From Candidatus Azambacteria bacterium (lineage in GTDB: Bacteria > Patescibacteriota > Minisyncoccia > UBA10092), in the NCBI GenBank assembly GCA_003455995.1, contig DMPO01000001.1:14945-78944 (forward strand): a DNA stretch of 64,000 nucleotides, in the 5' to 3' direction. How positions within the stretch are numbered: the stretch's first letter is position 1; every line of letters begins with the position of its first letter. A model generated the notes under the pieces. The model was given only the letters and a program-made list of their open reading frames with translations. It did no database searches and was not told where the DNA came from. The position numbers and the translations under genes were made by a program. This document shows positions 29,287 through 37,974 of the stretch, piece after piece.

Positions 29287-29997
29287 TTATTTTTGATGTT
29301 TTTTGCGCCACTCTTCTATTTTTTTGTGGTTGCCGGAAAGAAGAACTTTAGGAACTGGATATTTTTTATTTTTATATTTAATGACTTCCGGACGGGTATA
29401 TGTCGGAACGCCGACGCCGTATCTTTTTTCTTCAAGCGATTCGTCTTTGCCTAAAACGCCCGAAATGTGGCGCGACACCGCGTCAACGACGATCATTGCC
29501 GGTAACTCTCCTCCCGTTAAAACATAAGGACCGATAGATAATTCGCTAATTTTTAATTTCAAATTTCTAATTATTTTTTTAATTCGTTCGTCTATCCCTT
29601 CGTAGTGACCGGCAATCATTACAATATGTTTATATTTTTTTGCGAAGTCGCTCGCCATTTTAGAATTAAATTGTTTGCCCGAAGCGGAAAAAAGAATTAC
29701 AAGGGGGTTTTTCAACCCCTCTTTTTTTCTCCCCTTATCAGGGGAGAATTTATTGAGCGCTTTTGCAAGCGGTTCGATTTTGAACACCATCCCCGCTCCT
29801 CCGCCGTATGGTTTATCGTCAACCCGCCCGAATGACCATTCGGTCGGGCGGGCTTTCTTATGTTTGTCGTTAGTAAAATCGCGGAGATTGACTATATTTA
29901 TTTTTATTTTCCCGCTTTTCCGCGCGCGTTTAATAATACTCTCGTTTAGATAGGAATCGAAAATTTTCGGAAAAATTGTAATTATGTCGAATTGCAT
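29287..29997 (-). CDS. trmD: tRNA (guanine-N1)-methyltransferase
   Basis: VDDKPYGGGAGM, GHYEGIDER, SIGPYVLTGGE, VPKVLLSGNH. Confidence 0.96.
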   Translation of the reverse strand: MQFDIITIFPKIFDSYLNESIIKRARKSGKIKINIVNLRDFTNDKHKKARPTEWSFGRVDDKPYGGGAGMVFKIEPLAKALNKFSPDKGRKKEGLKNPLVILFSASGKQFNSKMASDFAKKYKHIVMIAGHYEGIDERIKKIIRNLKLKISELSIGPYVLTGGELPAMIVVDAVSRHISGVLGKDESLEEKRYGVGVPTYTRPEVIKYKNKKYPVPKVLLSGNHKKIEEWRKKHQK

Positions 29998-30006
29998 ATT
30001 GCTTAA

Positions 30007-30040
30007 CCAAAACCCCTCCGCAACTGCGGAGGGGTTTTGG
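30007..30040. terminator. Hairpin / probable intrinsic terminator
   Basis: CCAAAACCCCTCCGCA-AC-TGCGGAGGGGTTTTGG. Confidence 0.6.
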
Positions 30041-30046
30041 AATAGA

Positions 30047-30367
30047 TTATAGTTGTCTTAAATCGTCAACAACTTGATCCATATCTCTTGTCGGTCTTTC
30101 TCTCACGGGACGAGTCGAACCCTCCGGCTCTTCTATCTTCAAATTGACGCGCGCGTTGTGACGGGCACCAATTATGCGAAGCAGAGTTCGAATGGCTTTC
30201 GCGGTGGATCCCTGTCGGCCGATAAGCATTCCCATATCTTCTTGGTTTACTTTAAGGTCTAAAAGGACTCCCATCTCGTCCACCTTGCGGTCAATTTTGA
30301 CATCATCCGGATGATCAACAATCGACTTCACAAGGTACTCAAGAAATTCCTGATCAACATTAGCCAT
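30047..30367 (-). CDS. khpA: KH-domain RNA-binding protein
   Basis: DMG.LIGRQG.TAKAIRTL; in rpsP-khpA-trmD context. Confidence 0.9.
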   Translation of the reverse strand: MANVDQEFLEYLVKSIVDHPDDVKIDRKVDEMGVLLDLKVNQEDMGMLIGRQGSTAKAIRTLLRIIGARHNARVNLKIEEPEGSTRPVRERPTRDMDQVVDDLRQL

Positions 30368-30483
30368 TTCTTTGAACAATCTTTTTAAAGTTTTAGTAGG
30401 TCGACCTCCCCAAAGGGGTAGCTACTAATTGTCCGCAATATATCAAAAATTGATATGCTTGTCAAACGATTTTTTAATACTTA

Positions 30484-30536
30484 CCATGGAGCCAAGAGCC
30501 GGCAAACCGGATGGACGAACCGAGAAACGGTGTTTA
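30484..30536. repeat. 53-bp direct repeat, copy 1
   Basis: CCATGGAGCCAAGAGCCGGCAAACCG(G/A)ATGGACGAACCGAGAAACGGTGTTTA; one mismatch to 31513-31565. Confidence 0.95.
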
Positions 30537-30597
30537 TTGATTTTCCCAGCCCTGTGGACAACTGTTTGCAACTGTCAACGCATTGTGCTAATATAAG

Positions 30598-30660
30598 AAC
30601 GATCGAAAGATCGAGATTTCTAAAGCTTGGAGGCCTCGCAAGAGGTCTCCTTTGCGTTTT
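30598..30660 (+). ncRNA. Candidate ~60-nt sRNA convergent with the NYN gene
   Basis: TTGCAA-17nt-TAATAT promoter with extended TG; CGAUC-GAAA-GAUCG hairpin; GGAGGCCUC-GCAA-GAGGUCUCC-UUU terminator. Confidence 0.5.
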
Positions 30661-31403
30661 TATTTTGTTATTTCTTTTTTCCAACAAATGAAATCCTTTA
30701 TTTTCTGTATATCAAATATGAATAACCCGCCCTCGACTAATTCGCTTAATTCACTGGAAACCCTTCTCGCAGTGGCAAATAATGTAACTCTTTTATCGTC
30801 TTTTAACAATTGTCTAACGGGATCGGCGAAATCACTATCCCCGCTCCATAAAATAAAATTATCAATATTATTTTTATCATAATCAATTAACATATCCCTT
30901 CCGATTTCAACATCAAAATTACATTTTAAATCTTCAACCGATTTGACGCCTTGATTGTTAAGTTGCTTTAACTGATTGTTTAAAAATTCTATCGTTTCAA
31001 TTGTTAATTTTTGTAATAAAGGTTTTCTAATAAATTCTTTTAAAATATTCGGCGAATTCGGGGGGACACTGGAAACATCTATAGAAAGCCGCATTATTTT
31101 TACAGGTTTTGTCTTAACATCGTATCCGAATCTGCCGATATCTTTTACAAACCGTTCTGATTCAGCGTCTCCTATTAAAGTGCCATTGTAAAATTTGACG
31201 GCGTTGATAGTGTCAAAAGAATCTAAAAATTGTTTTAATCTTTTGGGCTCAATATGCCAACCCAGTTTAACCGACCATGGCTTAACATTCGCATAGTCAA
31301 TATAAATATTTGTTTTTCCGCCAAAAATAATTTCTAATTCTTTAATCCTGTCGGGGTGCTGGTTGGATAATTCTTTTAATCTCGGAGTTTTAGGATTGAA
31401 CAT
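30660..31403 (-). CDS. NYN/LabA (PIN-like) domain ribonuclease
   Basis: IYIDYANV, KCNFDVEI..D, LWSGDSDF acidic motifs. Confidence 0.88.
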   Translation of the reverse strand: MFNPKTPRLKELSNQHPDRIKELEIIFGGKTNIYIDYANVKPWSVKLGWHIEPKRLKQFLDSFDTINAVKFYNGTLIGDAESERFVKDIGRFGYDVKTKPVKIMRLSIDVSSVPPNSPNILKEFIRKPLLQKLTIETIEFLNNQLKQLNNQGVKSVEDLKCNFDVEIGRDMLIDYDKNNIDNFILWSGDSDFADPVRQLLKDDKRVTLFATARRVSSELSELVEGGLFIFDIQKIKDFICWKKEITK

Positions 31404-31463
31404 TCATTTTTTAATTAGTTTTATTCGTGGATTATTATAAGATAATCTCAAATTTATGTAAAT

Positions 31464-31500
31464 AAAAAAATCGCTTCACAATCGTGAAATGATTTTTTTT
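31464..31500. terminator. Bidirectional terminator-like hairpin
   Basis: A7-TCGCTTCAC-AATC-GTGAAATGA-T8. Confidence 0.6.
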
Positions 31501-31512
31501 GCGCGATACTCG

Positions 31513-31565
31513 CCATGGAGCCAAGAGCCGGCAAACCGAATGGACGAACCGAGAAACGGTGTTTA
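31513..31565. repeat. 53-bp direct repeat, copy 2
   Basis: Matches 30484-30536. Confidence 0.95.
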
Positions 31566-31920
31566 GAGGAGAGAGATTTATACCCTCTCCGAATAAACGG
31601 GTCGGGCATTTCTAACTCGCACTGTCACCCGATCCGATTCCGTTTACCGACTCGTTGGCTCGATAGCGATTATCTTTTCTGTTTCGTCCTCCGCAACTTG
31701 GAACCATTCCAAGCGCCGGACTTAACAAGAGGATTTATCCTCTTCTGAAACTTCCACTGAATAAGTGAAAATCTCGGAATAAGAGGGAGAGTTGCGTATC
31801 TCCCATGGCTTGCCGAAACCACTCGGCTGCCATACGGCGGGGAACCCTCCCCGCAAACTTCTTGATGGATCGAGTCTAGTCCCATTTTGGGAATCCCTCG
31901 TCAAGCCGTCCATCAACGGC
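31513..31920. ncRNA. Large structured RNA candidate (~400 nt), strand uncertain
   Basis: GC-rich region without a credible ORF and with about ten stems. Confidence 0.45.
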
Positions 31921-31929
31921 AACGGCAAC

Positions 31930-32235
31930 CTATGAGAGCGCTGCCCCTATAACTTCTATCGCGGCCTTGCGGCCTGCCTCCATCCCCCGGCCATGCGCAA
32001 ACCTGGCCGCATTCTGGCCCTGCCCGGACGGGTCTCTCTTAGACTCTCCGGACTCATCTGCCCACCTGGTATACTCTACATATGCCAGGTAGCACTCCTT
32101 TTTATAGGCCGCATTAGCGGCCTTTTCTGCCACTGCCTTTACAGCAGCGGCCTTTTCTGCCACTGCCTTTACAGCAGCGGCCTTTGCGGCTTCAGTGCCA
32201 AAAATTCGGCACAAAAAATTTACTAATTTTTTCAT
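31930..32235 (-). CDS. Ala/Lys-rich hypothetical protein with 10-aa tandem repeat
   Basis: AAGGAGG RBS before MKKLVN; KAAAVKAVAE repeated (30-nt tandem repeat). Confidence 0.6.
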   Translation of the reverse strand: MKKLVNFLCRIFGTEAAKAAAVKAVAEKAAAVKAVAEKAANAAYKKECYLAYVEYTRWADESGESKRDPSGQGQNAARFAHGRGMEAGRKAAIEVIGAALS

Positions 32236-32605
32236 TTTTTCCTCCTTCGCCCCGCCTCCCTTTCGGTGAGGGCTTATGGGCACTCCATACTCTAACCGCT
32301 AGTAAGAAGGTTTCTGGAGACCAGACGGGTTTAGGTTTGCTCTCCAGCTTATCTCATTACTAAAAAAGGCGATTGAGAGCTCTTTACTTACTATACTTAA
32401 TATAGAGAAGAGAGTTTACAATCGCCTTTTTACAAGATTTACGGCTCTTATACGCCGCCTGTCCGCCTCTGGCGGAACCCTCTCCTCTAAAGAAAGTATT
32501 TAATATTAAAATGTTAATATTCAGCCAACTTTCACCTTACCTTTATAGTATAGCGTATCTAACAAACCCTGTCAAGTTTTTTGACGGGTTTTGGCGGGTT
32601 TTGGC

Positions 32606-32887
32606 TTAAATAAGCGGTTTTTTGGATGCTTTATGAACCGGTTTTTTGGCGCCGGAAATTATGCCCTGCGAAATAAGCAAATTATGAATTGAATCCGACG
32701 GTTGGGCGCCCTTGCCAATCCAATATAGGATCCTGTCTTTATTCAAACTGACTTTCTTTGTTTTGCGGTCAATGTTGCCGAGCAACTCCAAATACTTCCG
32801 GCGCGGGCCGGCGGTTTTTTGAGTCGCCACGACTCTGAAAGTCGCGGTATGTTTTTTTCCTACTTTCTGCAATTTAATGGTGAGCAT
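32606..32887 (-). CDS. rpsP: 30S ribosomal protein S16
   Basis: IKL...GKK....FRVV, WIGKGAQPSD. Confidence 0.95.
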   Translation of the reverse strand: MLTIKLQKVGKKHTATFRVVATQKTAGPRRKYLELLGNIDRKTKKVSLNKDRILYWIGKGAQPSDSIHNLLISQGIISGAKKPVHKASKKPLI

Positions 32888-32899
32888 ATTATTTAAAAC

Positions 32900-34534
32900 T
32901 TACATTTCCGGCATCCCCGACATTCCGCCGCCCATTGGCGGGTTATTTTTTTCCGGCAGATCGGCCACAAATGTTTCGCTGGTCAACAGCATCGAAGCCA
33001 CCGAGACGGCATTCTGCAGGGCGGTTCGGGTAACTTTCAACGGATCTATGATGCCGTCCTTAATCATATCGGCGTATTCTCCCGTGACGGCATTAAAACC
33101 GATTCCTTTTTCTTTGCTCCCCACAACTTGAATCACCTCATTGTCGTCTTTGTTGGAATTTTTGGCAATGGCGCGCATCGGCGCTTCCAGCGCGTTGACA
33201 ACTAAATTGACGCCCTTGGCTTCGTCGCCGAATTCGGTTTCGCCGACCAATTTGGCATTCTTGATTTCCTTAGCCGCTTCAAACAGCGCCACTCCGCCTC
33301 CGGAAACAATCCCCTCCTCAATGGCCGCTTTGGTCGCCGAGACGGCGTCCTCAATCCTGAATTTCTTTTCCTTCATTTCAATTTCGGTGGCCGCGCCGAC
33401 TTTAATGACGGCCACGCCGCCGGCCAGTTTCGCCAGCCGTTCCTGCAGTTTTTCTTTGTCAAAACCGGATTCGGTCTTTTCCATCTGCGACTTGATTTGC
33501 TTGATTCTTTTCTCTATTTCCGCCTTTGAACCGGAACCGCCGACAATGGTGGTATTGTCTTTGGTGGCGACCACTCTTTTGGCGCTGCCCAAGATATCCA
33601 AATCGGCGCTTTCCAATTTCATTCCCTTATCTTCGGAAATAACTTCGCCGCCGACAATGGCCGCGATATCTTCCAACATCTCTTTCCGCCGATCGCCAAA
33701 CCCCGGGGCTTTAATCGCCAGAACATGAAAAACGCCTCTCAATTTATTGACCACCAGAGTCGCCAGCGCTTCGCCTTCAATATCATCGGCGATAATGACC
33801 AGATTTTTATTTCCCGATTTCACCACTTTTTCGAGCAATGGCATTATTTCGGCCAGCGAGGAGATTTTCTTGTCGGTTATTAAAATAGAGGGTTTTTCCA
33901 AAACCGATTCCATCCGCTCGGTGTCGGTTACCATATAAGCGCTGACATAGCCGCGATCAAACTGGAGCCCTTCAACCAATTCATAATCCACGCCCAGAGT
34001 TTGCGCCTCTTCAACGGTTACCACGCCTTCTTTGCCGACTTTATTGATCACCTCGGCAATCAGCGAGCCCATTTCTTCGTCGTTGGCGGAAATGACGGCA
34101 ACATCTTTTATCTTTTCTTTGGTTACCGGTTTGGCATTCTTCTTTAATATATCAGAGACCTTGGACATCGCTTTGTCCATCCCCTTTTTCAAAACCATCG
34201 AGTTGGCGCCTGAATTGATTAAATTGATGCCTTCGGCGATCATCGCCTGCGCCAAAACCACCGCCGTGGTGGTGCCATCGCCGGCGACATCGTTGGTTTT
34301 TGAGGCCGCCTCTTTCACCAGCGAAGCGCCGATATTTTCAAACTTGTCTTTCAATTCAATGTCTTTGGCGATGGTGACACCGTCGTTGGTGATGGTCGGC
34401 GCGCCGTAGCCCTTGTCCAAAACGACATTGCGGCCGCGAGGACCGAGAGTAATTTTTACGGCATTGGCCAATTGGTCAACGCCCCTCTTGATAGCTTCTC
34501 TGGCGGCAACGCCGCTGATTATTTGTTTTGCCAT
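32900..34534 (-). CDS. groL: Chaperonin GroEL
   Basis: [27 protein letters not shown]. Confidence 0.98.
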   Translation of the reverse strand: MAKQIISGVAAREAIKRGVDQLANAVKITLGPRGRNVVLDKGYGAPTITNDGVTIAKDIELKDKFENIGASLVKEAASKTNDVAGDGTTTAVVLAQAMIAEGINLINSGANSMVLKKGMDKAMSKVSDILKKNAKPVTKEKIKDVAVISANDEEMGSLIAEVINKVGKEGVVTVEEAQTLGVDYELVEGLQFDRGYVSAYMVTDTERMESVLEKPSILITDKKISSLAEIMPLLEKVVKSGNKNLVIIADDIEGEALATLVVNKLRGVFHVLAIKAPGFGDRRKEMLEDIAAIVGGEVISEDKGMKLESADLDILGSAKRVVATKDNTTIVGGSGSKAEIEKRIKQIKSQMEKTESGFDKEKLQERLAKLAGGVAVIKVGAATEIEMKEKKFRIEDAVSATKAAIEEGIVSGGGVALFEAAKEIKNAKLVGETEFGDEAKGVNLVVNALEAPMRAIAKNSNKDDNEVIQVVGSKEKGIGFNAVTGEYADMIKDGIIDPLKVTRTALQNAVSVASMLLTSETFVADLPEKNNPPMGGGMSGMPEM

Positions 34535-34538
34535 AAAT

Positions 34539-34856
34539 TTATTCTAAAATCGCCAAAATTTCGTCCTCTTTCAATATCTTATATTCCACGCCGTCCATTT
34601 TAAATTCCGTGCCGGCGTATTTTTCAAATACAATCGTATCGCCTTTTTTGACGCCGGATTTTTTTATCTTGTCGCCCGCGCCCATAGCCACCACTTTGCC
34701 CTGCGCCGGTTTTTCTTTGTCGGCCGTTTCCGGCAGAATAATTCCCGATTTGGTTTTTTCCGATTCTTTTGCCGGCGCGACCACCACCCTGTCGCCCAAG
34801 GGTTTGATTGCCAACCCGAAATTTTGTTTTATTTGTTTGATTTTCTTCTTTGCCAT
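34539..34856 (-). CDS. groS: Co-chaperonin GroES
   Basis: [15 protein letters not shown]. Confidence 0.97.
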   Translation of the reverse strand: MAKKKIKQIKQNFGLAIKPLGDRVVVAPAKESEKTKSGIILPETADKEKPAQGKVVAMGAGDKIKKSGVKKGDTIVFEKYAGTEFKMDGVEYKILKEDEILAILE

Positions 34857-34921
34857 ATGCGTTATATTGTATCCAAATCCCCTGTCTTGTCAAGATTTTT
34901 GCAACGGCATATACTTCAATT

Positions 34922-35278
34922 ATGATTTTCAGATTCTTGCTTCGCGTCATTGCCAACGCGCTGGCGGTTTTGGTGGCGGCGCGGTTTGCGCCGGGAGTCA
35001 CTTATAATTTTGAGCCATTCACTCTGGCAAAAATAGCGTTAATTCTCGCACTGGCCAACGCTCTTTTGAAACCGCTATTGAAATTAATCATGGGTCCTAT
35101 TATACTGATGACGCTCGGACTTTTCACGATTGCCATAAATATCTTTCTTATTTGGCTGACAGCCTATCTCGTCCCCGCGCTTCATATCAATGATTTCAGC
35201 GCTTATTTTTTCACCATGATAATAGTCGGTTTATTTAATTTCGCAATCTCGACCATAGCAAAAAAAGACGACGACTAA
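34922..35278 (+). CDS. 4-TM phage-holin-family (YvlD-like) membrane protein
   Basis: NALLKPLLKL...P...TLGLF...IN motif. Confidence 0.8.
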   Translation: MIFRFLLRVIANALAVLVAARFAPGVTYNFEPFTLAKIALILALANALLKPLLKLIMGPIILMTLGLFTIAINIFLIWLTAYLVPALHINDFSAYFFTMIIVGLFNFAISTIAKKDDD

Positions 35279-35285
35279 ATCAAAT

Positions 35286-35501
35286 ATGTCGCAATTTTTA
35301 CCAATAATTCAAATAGTAATCGCAACGCTCTTGATCGGAGCAATTCTTTTACAGTCGCGCGGCACCGGCTTGTCTTCCGTTTTCGGCGGCGAGTCGTCTT
35401 TTTACCATACGCGCCGAGGCATTGAAAGAATTATTTTTTGGGCGACAATCGTCCTGGCGACATTGTTTGTCATCACTAGCATCATATCGTTTTTGATCTA
35501 A
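35286..35501 (+). CDS. secG: Preprotein translocase subunit SecG
   Basis: ILLQ..G.GL...FGG, RRGIE; two TMs. Confidence 0.92.
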   Translation: MSQFLPIIQIVIATLLIGAILLQSRGTGLSSVFGGESSFYHTRRGIERIIFWATIVLATLFVITSIISFLI

Positions 35502-35544
35502 TACCAACATTCGTAAATTCATAAAAGTTAAAAACTGGATAAGA

Positions 35545-37209
35545 GTGTGGAAAAAATTCAGCGCTTATGAAAAACTTTGGGCTGTTGCGTTTTGCGTTGC
35601 CGCGATTCTATCGCTGATGCTTTTGTTCAATAATTTCTACCGCGGCCGCACCAGCGAAGTCCCCACTTCGGAAGGCGCTTTCGTCGAAGCGGCGCCGGAG
35701 TCGCCCCATAACTTAAATCCCCTTTTATCGGTTAATGATTCCGACCGGGACTTGTCGCGTTTAATTTTTTCTTCGCTCCTAAAATACAACGAAAAAAATG
35801 AATTAACGCCCGATTTGGCGGAAAGTTATGAAATTTCCAAAGATGGCAAGACTTATACAATAAAATTGAGAAATAACATTTTTTGGCATGATGGAGAGCA
35901 ATTCAGCGCCAGTGATGTGGTATTTACTGTTAACGCCGCTCAAAATCCCGAATATAACAGCCCCTTGAGAACCGGTTGGCAAAGCGTCAAAGCCGAGGCA
36001 ACCGACGCAAATACGGTAGTATTAACTTTAAAAACCCCATATAGCGCCTTTGCCGAAAATTTAGCACTTTTGGGAATTTTGCCAAAACATATTTGGGAAA
36101 AAGTTGTGCCTCAAAATTTTCCGCTGGCCAATTTCAATTTCAAACCCGTTGGCACCGGTCCGTATCGCTTCGTAAAATTGCAAAAAGACGCGCTGGGCAG
36201 AATTATATCGGTCACTTTAATCGCCAACTCAAATTATTTCTCTTCGGTTCCATTCATAAAAAATTTTATTTTCAAATTTTATTTATCCGAAGAAGAAGCG
36301 GTTTCGGCTTTTAACAGAAAGGAGGCCGACGGACTATTGCTCCAGACGGCGCAAAACAAGAATCAATTGCGCGGTTTGCAAAATTCTTCCGTTTTTTCCC
36401 TGCCTTCTTTAAGGGTCTATGGTTTGTTTCTCAATACCAACGACCCATTGCTGGGAGCGAGGTATATTAGAGAAGCCATTAGTTATGCTGTTGACCGTAA
36501 AGAAATTTTAAGTAAATTATTTTCCGACGAGGGTAAAATAGCCGCGGGCCCCATTCCTCCGGCGGCGCTCGGCTCCAGCCCGGATATTGCGGGTTATTCT
36601 TATGACCCCAAAAAAACCGCGAAAATCTTAGAAAAAAACAAGTGGATAAAAAATGAAGAAGGAGTTTACGAAAAAAAGATAGGCAAAAATAAAGAGGCCT
36701 CACCATTGAAGTTTACTATCATTACCGCCAAATCAATGGAACTGCCGGCAACGCTAATCCGCGATTATTTGAAAAATGTCGGTATAGAAGCGGACTTGAA
36801 AATTCTTGGATTGAGAGAAATTCAACAGGACTATCTCCGAACTAAAAATTACAACGCTATTTTAATCGGCGAGTCCTACACCGATTCTGTCGATCCTTAT
36901 GTATTCTGGCACGGAACGGCCATAAAAGAACCCGGGCTCAATTTATCTTTATATGCCAACAAAAGCGTGAATAAAATTTTGGAGGACGCACGCCAAATAA
37001 CCGATTCCGTAAAGCGCGCGAAGAAACTTGAAGAATTTCAAAAACTAATTTTGAAGGACGCGCCGGCGGTTTTTCTTTATTCGCCCAATTATATTTATGT
37101 TGTCAATAATGCGGTTAGAAATATAAAACTGGATAGTTTGGTCATCCCGTCATATCGCTTTTCAAAAGTTAACGAATGGTATGTGGAAACGAAAAGAATA
37201 TGGAAATGA
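35545..37209 (+). CDS. ABC transporter peptide-binding protein (family 5)
   Basis: LNP, PDLAES, WHDG..FSASDVVFT, PVGTGPY. Confidence 0.9.
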   Translation: MWKKFSAYEKLWAVAFCVAAILSLMLLFNNFYRGRTSEVPTSEGAFVEAAPESPHNLNPLLSVNDSDRDLSRLIFSSLLKYNEKNELTPDLAESYEISKDGKTYTIKLRNNIFWHDGEQFSASDVVFTVNAAQNPEYNSPLRTGWQSVKAEATDANTVVLTLKTPYSAFAENLALLGILPKHIWEKVVPQNFPLANFNFKPVGTGPYRFVKLQKDALGRIISVTLIANSNYFSSVPFIKNFIFKFYLSEEEAVSAFNRKEADGLLLQTAQNKNQLRGLQNSSVFSLPSLRVYGLFLNTNDPLLGARYIREAISYAVDRKEILSKLFSDEGKIAAGPIPPAALGSSPDIAGYSYDPKKTAKILEKNKWIKNEEGVYEKKIGKNKEASPLKFTIITAKSMELPATLIRDYLKNVGIEADLKILGLREIQQDYLRTKNYNAILIGESYTDSVDPYVFWHGTAIKEPGLNLSLYANKSVNKILEDARQITDSVKRAKKLEEFQKLILKDAPAVFLYSPNYIYVVNNAVRNIKLDSLVIPSYRFSKVNEWYVETKRIWK

Positions 37210-37922
37210 TGAATCTTCAGGAAATATTGGGATTGCCGATTTTGTTGGATAAACAAAAATTGGATTTAATTTTTGACGGCGATTTCGCGCCTATGAAAAA
37301 ATTTGAGCGAGAGTTGAATGAATTAAATCCTTTTCTCCGAGATTCCGACTCTCAAAGTGGCCCCGATCCAGTTTATTATGTTTGGCGCGGCGTTTATTTA
37401 AAAAACGATAAAGAAAAAATGAAAAATTCCGGCTTGCGTTTGGATTTAACGCTCATGCCGCCGGGCAAGATCGGCAATGAGTTTGTAAAAACCGCCGGCC
37501 ATTATCATTTGCAATATCCGGAAATGTATTTTATTTTATGCGGCCGAGCGCATATTTTAACGCAGTTGTATAAAAAAAATCCAAAAATTATAGAAATTGT
37601 TCATTTAACAGAAGCAAGCGCCGGAGAGCAGGTTTTTATTCCTCGAGGATTCGGCCATAATACCATTAATGTTTTTGACAAACCGCTTGTGTTCGCGACT
37701 TTAGCGGATGAAAAATTGGAAGACGATTACGAATCATATAAAAACAATCGCGGCGCTTCTTATTATTTTTTGACTAAAAATGGCCAAGTTGATATTGTTA
37801 AAAATCCGAATTATGATTCGATTCCGGAGTTAAAGAAAACCCCCGCCGAAAAAGCAAGCGCGGGCGCGTGGCGGAACTGGAATACGCGTACGCTTCAGGA
37901 GCGTATGGACGAAAGTCATTGA
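37206..37922 (+). CDS. Cupin-type glucose-6-phosphate isomerase-like protein
   Basis: RLDLT...PG.IG.E..KT.GHYH, YPE.Y, IP.GFGH..IN; 3' end overlaps tRNA-Leu. Confidence 0.8.
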   Translation: MMNLQEILGLPILLDKQKLDLIFDGDFAPMKKFERELNELNPFLRDSDSQSGPDPVYYVWRGVYLKNDKEKMKNSGLRLDLTLMPPGKIGNEFVKTAGHYHLQYPEMYFILCGRAHILTQLYKKNPKIIEIVHLTEASAGEQVFIPRGFGHNTINVFDKPLVFATLADEKLEDDYESYKNNRGASYYFLTKNGQVDIVKNPNYDSIPELKKTPAEKASAGAWRNWNTRTLQERMDESH

Positions 37923-37945
37923 GGGTTCGACTCCCTCCGCGCCCA
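37862..37945 (+). tRNA. tRNA-Leu(CAG)
   Basis: GGGCGCGTGGCGGAACTGGAATACGCGTACGCTTCAGGAGCGTA, long variable arm, GGGTTCGACTCCCTCCGCGCCCA. Confidence 0.92.
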
Positions 37946-37974
37946 TAAAATTAGGCATAAAAAATAAAAAACAA

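Noticed and set aside
31675-31730. Hammerhead ribozyme (minus strand GUCC...GGACGAAAC)
   Set aside because: The required CUGANGA core reads UUGUUAA, and flanking stems could not be assigned.
31513-31920. RNase P RNA or tmRNA
   Set aside because: No GAGGAAAGUCC or matching 3' P4 motif, and no tRNA-Ala-like GGGG...CCA termini.
31515-31928. Short ORFs of 68-77 aa within the structured region
   Set aside because: They overlap each other on both strands, have atypical composition and lack RBS support; the hairpin density is better explained by RNA structure.
33141-34409. Long antisense ORFs opposite groEL (similar ones opposite dnaK, cysS, dnaB, rplL/J, hsdR, recA)
   Set aside because: Shadow frames of conserved genes caused by codon bias.
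34922-35278. Prophage suggested by a holin-family gene
   Set aside because: This 4-TM family is commonly chromosomal, and no phage structural or lysis genes are nearby.
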